Assembly: GCF_009914755.1 (NCBI RefSeq)
Contig: NC_060927.1
Reading direction: 5' to 3' (one strand)
From: the human T2T-CHM13v2.0 reference genome, Homo sapiens
Length of the DNA stretch: 64,000 nucleotides
Shown here: one piece after another, positions 56,412-64,000 of the stretch
Layout: every line of letters begins with the position of its first letter
Numbering within the stretch: position 1 is the first letter of the stretch
Notes under the pieces: generated by a model
The model's input: only the letters and a program-made list of their open reading frames with translations
The model's database searches: none
What the model was told of the DNA's origin: nothing
Program-made: the position numbers and the translations under genes

Positions 56412-56594
56412 CATTAGTTCTCAAAGTGTGGTTCATAGGCCAGCAGCATCAGCATCACCTTGGAACTTGTTAGAAATGAAAACTCTCTGGCATCCAGACT
56501 TACTGAACCAGAAAATCTGGGATGTGGCCCAGCAATCTGTGTTTCAGAACCCCTGTAGGTTATGTAGATGCATACTCAAGTCTGAGAATCACCA
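56412..56594. mobile_element. MER5A DNA transposon
   Basis: gttctcaaagtgtgg...cagcagcatcagcatcacc...gaacttgttagaaatg...aagtctgagaatcac. Confidence 0.85.
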
Positions 56595-56789
56595 GACTAG
56601 ATAAGTAGGATCATCTTTGACTTTGAGATTCTGCTATCGTCTAACTCTGGGAGAAGATTCTGAATTTTGAGGCTCAGATTATGCCACCTAACTGTGATGG
56701 TGAAGCACGAGAGATCATCTTACAGTGTAATAATAATGAGACAAGTTTCCTGAATAAATATATATATATGTTTGTATATACATATATAA

Positions 56790-57134
<345 letters not shown>

Positions 57135-57149
57135 TGAAACCTTTCCCTA

Positions 57150-60100
57150 AATGTTGGGCATTTTAAGGAAATTTTTAGGAAATTTCCAACTTTTTGCAAT
57201 GATAAGTAATGTAGACGTGACATTCTTATATATCAATCTCTCTGTATTTCTGGTAATCTGTATTTTACTTAGAATAAATTCCTAGAAGTATATGAACAAT
57301 TTTTAAAAGTGAAAGTAAATGAACTAGATCAACGTATATTAATATTTATAACAGTTCTTGACACATGGGTCTACATGCTTTTCAGAATGGCTGTAACTGT
57401 TGATACTCTTGCCTCACTGTATGAGTGTCCTGGTCTCCCCATACCCTTGACAGCAATGAATATAAAGACAAAACAGCTGTGCTAATTGGTCAGTGAAACA
57501 TGGCATGCCTTTCTCACTGTTTTAATTTGAAAATCTTTTCTTCCTTTTTTAAAAACTTGTGATATTAAATATTATTTCATAGATTTATTAGCCCATGACA
57601 CTTCTTCTATGAATTCTCTGTTCACTATTGCATTGTTAGTATTTTTTTTTTCCGCTGGATTCTAATAGCTGGTTTCTTTATACCTTGTGAGAATTAACCT
57701 GATCTTTGGGATAGCGATTGCAAACATCTTGTCCTTAGTCTTTCGAAGATTCTATATTGATTTTTGACTTGTAGAAATTAAAATTGGTTAACAGTCAAAT
57801 ATGTCCCTTTTTCCTTAGAAAATCCCTGCCCCCAGTGTAATTATGATCATCTATTTTTTTTCTGGTAGCTAAGAACATTTAATACTGTAATTGAACTGGG
57901 GGGCTTTTTTTTGCTTTGGTTTTGTTTTTGGAATATAGTTTGAGGTGAGAGGTTCTATATAAAGACATTTTCTGAAACGCAATTTCTTGGATATCATATG
58001 CTAAACAGTTCATGCCTACCTAATTAGTTTATAATCTTTCTCTTTCCTTCATTAGTTTTTATGTATACTAGGGTTTCTCAAGGCTTGCTTCTGTACTATT
58101 GATTTATCTATCCATTATCATGCCAATAGCATGTTATTCAAATTATTGTGGCTTTATAATTATTTTAATATCTTGTGAGAAGTTATTTCTCAGCGTTCTT
58201 TTATAAAACATCCTAGAAATTGCATTGTTTGTAGAGTTAAAGAAACAATTGCATTGGGATTTTGGGATCCCTGTTCAGGAACATGGGATGTTCTGTGTTC
58301 AAATCCTTTTTTTTTTTCTTTATTGGTTAAATCTTATAGTCATCTTCATGCATTTTACACAGTTCAGTTTAGTATTTTATGTCTTTTATTGCTTATATAA
58401 TGATATTTTAAGCTTTAATTATATCCTTTGAATTGATTATTGCTGGTATGCTATTAATATTAATGCCGGAAAACTTAATATTTGTCCATTTTTTCTATAG
58501 GGTTTTATTGAAGTAATTTATCCTTTGAGGTTTTCAGTTTATTCTATTAGCTTTTTATGTTCATAATCATACCACCTACAAATAATGACAGTTTTGACTC
58601 TTTTCCAAATAATTATATTTCTTTTTCTAATTATATTTTCTAATTACATTTCTTTTCTGCTTCAAGTATATATTGCATTGGCTAAAATTTCCAATGTTAA
58701 AAATACATGTCTTGTTCATGATTTTAGTGAGAATTCCTCTAGTGTTTTACTATTAAGTAAAATATTGGTTATGGTTTAACATATATTTAACAAAGGTATT
58801 CATTAGTAGGGGAGAAGCTTTCTGATCTTAGTTTTCAGGAGTTTTTATCTTTAAAAATCAGAAATGTTGAATGTAATTGAATACTTTTGGGTCATCTATT
58901 TTATCATGTAGTTTTTCTATTTAAACTAATAGTAGAAGACTTTCCTTTGTTCCTTTAATATGCTCATAGGGGTGAATGATTCTTTTAATACATTGTTCAA
59001 TTCTACCTACCAATACTTTTAACTAGAATTCTTATGTCATATTTATATATAGTCTATAGTCTATAGTCTTCTATTTTTAAATGTAATTTTTGTTAGGTTA
59101 TTGCATGTCTTCATTTCATAAAATGGATTGAGTAGCCTTCCATCTTTGTCTGTACTATGAAACAGTTCACCTAAATACGTATTTCCTAGTAGTATGGAAG
59201 ATCTCACCAATAAGGCCATCTGTTTTAAGATCATTTAGTATGTAATTCTTTGAAATAATTTAGTTTCATTAATGGTTACCAGGATTTTCATTCATCTTCT
59301 TAAGATGTTCAAGTTCATTAGAATCAAGATGATTGTATATTTTGTTTTACAATTTTTTTTCTTTTGAGACAGAGTCTCACTCCATCGCCCAGGCTGGAGT
59401 GCAGTAGTGTGATCTTGGCTCACTGCAACCTCTGCCTCTGAGTTCAAGCGATTCTCATGCCTCAGCCTCCCGAGGAGCTGGAATTACAGGCATGGGCCAC
59501 CATGCCTGGCTAATTTTTGTATTTTTGGTACAGATGGGGTTTAGCCATGCTGGTCAGGCTGGTCTCAAACTCCTGACCTCAAGTAATCCTCGTGCCTCAG
59601 CCTCCCAAAGTGCTGGGATTATAAGCATGAGCCACCACGCCCGGCCTTGTTTTATATTTAAATAAAGCCACGGACACAGTTATATTTATATTTTTATATT
59701 ACATTTATATTTTTTACCTTTTAATATGTTTGATTCCTTTCTCTTTTAAAAATTAGGTTTTCAAACATTTGACATATTTTAAGAACTAGTTCTAGAGTTT
59801 CCTGTTTTTAGTTATTTTCTTCTTTTATCTTTATTATTTTCTTCCTTCTGCTTCTCCTAAGATTGTTTTATTATTGCTCTTCTAATTTTAGTATTATTCA
59901 TTACATTTTACTTCTTTTTTATATGATGGAAGATTATGAGGCTTTTAATTTACTTCCAAATATAGTTTAGGCTATATTCTATAATTTTTAAACTGGAGCC
60001 TTCTTATTTTTGTAATTTTTTGAGTAATCTACCATGGTGGCTTTGATCTCCTCATAAATCTCTTGTTGTTTAGGAGAATTTTTAAGTCTCCAAGTGACTA

Positions 60101-61370
60101 AATTTTGTTTATTCACTTAATCTTCTATTAGTAATTTCTAGCTTTATTACTTTGTGGTCAAAGAAAATGACCTTTATAATTTCTGCAACTGGATTTTATG
60201 GAGCTTTTTGCCTTGTAAACTAGTTTATGATCTAGTTTAATAAATATGAATGCCTGAACAAATATGATATTTAATTTCTTTATGAGTTATAGAGTTATTT
60301 CATCCAAGCATTTATTTTTTTGCTACTTAACCTCAAAGATGGAAACAAATATTTTCAAGCTTCTCAATATCTGTCTGTCAATTCTATATCAACCTTTTCT
60401 CAGAATATGTATTGATAGTTTTTTATATATTTTGATTCTGTTATTAAATATCTAACATTTTATGACCACTATATCTCATAATTGAATGTACTTTTTATCA
60501 AATAAAAAATGTGTTTACTTATTCTGCTTTATGCTTTAGGCACATGGAAAGGTTAGTTTGCCTAAAATTAGCATAATTAACATTACTATGTCTTCCTTTT
60601 AATTTCTTTATACCTGATAAAGGATAAAATAAGATATATATTATATATACGTATGTATAACCTTTCATTTTAGATGTATCTTTTGTAAGAAGCATATATT
60701 TGGATTTTCATTTTTAACTCAATATGAGAGTATTGATCTTTTAATAGGGAATTTTAACTCATCTATTTTTCTTTTATATATATATTATATATATACAGTC
60801 TTAACATCATTCAACTTGCTTCAAAAAATTTTTAAATGTTGGCTTATTTTTTGCTTTCTATCCTGTGCTACATTAATAGGGTTTATATATTTTAAATTCT
60901 TCCAGATTTGAAAGGTGTGCACCCTATTTTTAGTTTCGCTAGTGATTGTCTACCTATTAAAATTATCTTCTGATTTATACGTTTTGTCATCAAAGTGAAG
61001 AGAGACAATGAGAAACTTCACATATCTTTACTATTCCTTCAGCAGTGTCTCCTGCATGTTTTTGGCCTTTGTTAATATAATCTCAGGTTTGGGATACAGG
61101 TTATTAATATTTACATGATATGTCTTCTCTTTCAAAGAATGATTTTTTGCCATTTGCATTTATTGCATAAACATATTTAGCAGGTTTTTGGAAACTTCAT
61201 TCTAATTTCACTGGTTTCCATTTTTACCAAAAGTTCCTTTGGGCTGTGATAGTCCATTCTTAAGGCTTTAATTTTGAATCACTTCTTAGTTGGTGTATAC
61301 CTTCAAGAAGATGTTTCAACAAGGGGTACATGGGTTTTAACCCTTGCAAGTTTAAGAATGATTTTCTGTT
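57150..61370 (-). mobile_element. Degenerate L1M (ancient LINE-1) tract
   Basis: About 4 kb of very T-rich sequence with L1-like phrases (atcatgccaata, ttattgtggcttta, ttgtggtca); subfamily not resolved. Confidence 0.6.
59353..59646 (-). mobile_element. Alu (AluS-like) nested in the L1M tract
   Basis: Alu body; TSD ttgtttta-like. Confidence 0.93.
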
Positions 61371-61376
61371 ACCTTC

Positions 61377-61754
61377 TGTTATGGAATAAATTGTGTCCCC
61401 CCCAAATTCATATGTTGAATTCCTAACCCCCAGTGTGACTATATTTGTAGGTAGGGCCTTTAAGGAGGTAATAACGGATAAATGAGGTCACAAGGGGCGG
61501 GGGGGCCATAATCCCTTAGAACTGGTGTCCTTATAAGAAGAGAAAAGAGTGTACAAACACAGAGGAAAAGCCATGTGAGGATACAACAAGAAGGCAGCCG
61601 TTGGAAGTTAGGAAGAGAGGCCTCCCCAGAAACCAGCCCTTCCGGCACCTTGGTCTTGTGTTGTCAGCCTCCAGAACTGTGAGAAAATAAATTTCTGTTG
61701 TTTAAGCTGTCAGTCTGTGGTATTCTATTATGGCACTCAAAGCAGACGAATATA
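61377..61754 (+). mobile_element. MLT1 (MaLR) solo LTR, MLT1A/B-like
   Basis: tgttatgga...gtgtccccccaaattcatatgttgaa...cctccagaactgtgagaaaataaatttctgttgtttaag; 5-bp TSD ccttc/ccttt. Confidence 0.85.
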
Positions 61755-63246
61755 CCTTTACATACAGATTTCTGGGCCTCACACTATGAAATCATTGGTT
61801 CACAAATTTTTTCATAGTGAGTTGTAATCTCTAAAGGGTGGTATGGAGGAAGGGTGGGTGTGGGCATAGGGAGAAGCATTTGGCTATTTCAAAATCCAGT
61901 GCTTGAATTTATAGGAATAGCAATCCAGTTTTCAGCTAGGACTGAACCAGGTAGGAGAGGGTTTGATTTCTTCCACCTTTTTTTTTGTAGGGGGCTTGGA
62001 GATAAAAGGAACTTGGATAGATTCTTCTCAACTCAGTTCCATCAAATGATAAATAGTAGAAATTCCCTCTATGCGTCCTAACTCCAGCAAGGTGGAAAGC
62101 TATTATTTGATATAGTGTGTTTTCATTTTTTTCTTGGTCTTCATAAGATTGAGGTAAGATTTTTGCAGAGAAATTTCTGTTTTTGATAACCTTTATAGAA
62201 GATGCTACCTTTTCTCAGCAGGTTCATGGAAACCTTCCTTTAGTAGAAGACAATTTGATGTTCTGGAGGGCTCGAAATAGCAGGTGATCAAAGTATCTGA
62301 ATACTCCACTAGAGTGAGGAAGCTTAGAAACTCCACTTTTGTCTTTTGAAATTTGCATAGCTGCAATCTTATTGAGGGTATTACGCATGTAGTATCCCAG
62401 CAGAGGCCCTGAAAACCAGGACGACGATTGCTCTTCACCACAAGATTCTAGCTGCATTTCTAACTGAGGACAAACTAAGAAGGAAGGATGCATGGCTCCT
62501 GTCCTAGTGCTAAAGGGAGAGCTAACGGATATGGTAAGTCTGGGAATGGAGATAGTCTATTTTTGTTAGTTCATTTGTTCAGTCTTTTATTCATCATTTG
62601 ACATGTATTATTGTGCAACTATTACAAACCAGGCACTGTTCTACGTTCTGGGTGACAGTGCCATAAACAAAATAGATAACCTGCGTGGTGACTCATTCAG
62701 TGGAATTTTCAAGTAGGTTATCAGGGCTTTGGGTGCACCGACTGGGAGGCATGTCTGTGCTCTGCGAGGAATTTTCTCCCGGGAGCTCCAGCAGTCAAAG
62801 GCGCTACCCTACCAAATTCTAGGTAAGGTAAGTGTGTAGATTTGGCTTCCACGTAAGGAAGCAATTTGACTTGTTCATCAGCAGAACAGTCTTCCTTTTG
62901 AGGTAGTAAATTCCTTGCCATTGACATGATTCAAGCTGAGGCTGTCCAGGATACAGTAGATGAAGTCTCAGAATTCACTGACTAGAACTGTGAACTCCTC
63001 GAAGTTGGTTCTATGTCTCATTCAATTTTGTGACCGGCGCTTCACAGTGTCTGGCATATAGCAGGTTTTCATTAAGAGTTGCCAGGTAAATGAGTGGATG
63101 GATAATAAAGTGGAAGAGGGGTTGCACTAGATAATCTTCCACAGTCCCTGCGACTCTGAGATTCAGTGATTTCATATTAAGTCAGTGCCCAAAAGGGCTC
63201 AAAAATAAGGCTTCTCATCCCCATCTCAAAGATTGGCAAGACTCAC

Positions 63247-63307
63247 CGTGCAACATGGCTGCATCCAGGGTTCTCCATCCACTTGCATTGGCAGCAGCTT
63301 GTTTGTC
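63247..63307 (-). CDS. DGKG: DGKG penultimate coding exon (61 nt), end of the DAG kinase accessory domain
   Basis: ttccag|G ACA AAC AAG...ACG|gtgagt encodes TNKLLPMQVDGEPWMQPCCT; PMQVDGEPW is the DGK signature. Confidence 0.95.
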
Positions 63308-63413
63308 CTGGAACCCAGAACACCAAGAGAACACAGTGAGCTTTTTCAAGTGGGAGAATCAAGGTTATTCCCACCAGGAAAACAGAAGTAGGAAAACCTT
63401 ATCTGCCTACCTA

Positions 63414-63912
<499 letters not shown>

Positions 63913-64000
63913 CTGTGGATGAGCAGTGAAGTCCACAGAAGTCTGGGATACAGTGGCCAGTGAGCGTGGCAGCGCCACCACTGAGCAGGTGCTCCTCAAA

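Noticed and set aside
63965-63986. CTCF-like word (minus strand CTCAGTGGTGGCGCTG); a weaker one at ~40213-40230
   Set aside because: Only partial consensus matches; cannot be supported without PWM scoring or ChIP.

Overview
Primate (human-like) genomic DNA from the ETV5/DGKG locus (chr3q27 in human, recognised from the encoded peptides). Both genes are on the minus strand in tandem. The left ~11 kb holds the 5' end of ETV5: a CpG-island promoter, non-coding exon 1 and four small coding exons giving MDGFYDQQVPFMVPG...QSDN, with one GC-AG intron. The right ~15 kb holds the last two coding exons of DGKG (diacylglycerol kinase gamma, ...PMQVDGEPWMQPCCT/IKITHKNQAPMMMGPP...SKD*) and a ~2.9-kb 3' UTR ending near an AATAAA at 48861-48866. 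The ~38-kb spacer is repeat-rich and contains a 1.4-kb GT-rich tandem array. Across the whole window there are ~29 Alus plus L1, L2, L3, MIR, MER, MADE1 and MLT1 fragments. I found no new protein-coding gene: the long ORFs in the track are CpG-island, Alu or low-complexity artefacts. The most notable unexplained structures are a perfect 15-bp inverted repeat forming a T-box/E-box/T-box element in the last DGKG intron, eight copies of an extended CIC-type motif around the ETV5 promoter, a GC-donor alternative first exon that adds 42 aa in frame to ETV5, an overlapping uORF, and a perfect 16-bp hairpin in ETV5 intron 1. Exon boundaries were read base by base. Repeat boundaries and subfamilies are by-eye estimates.
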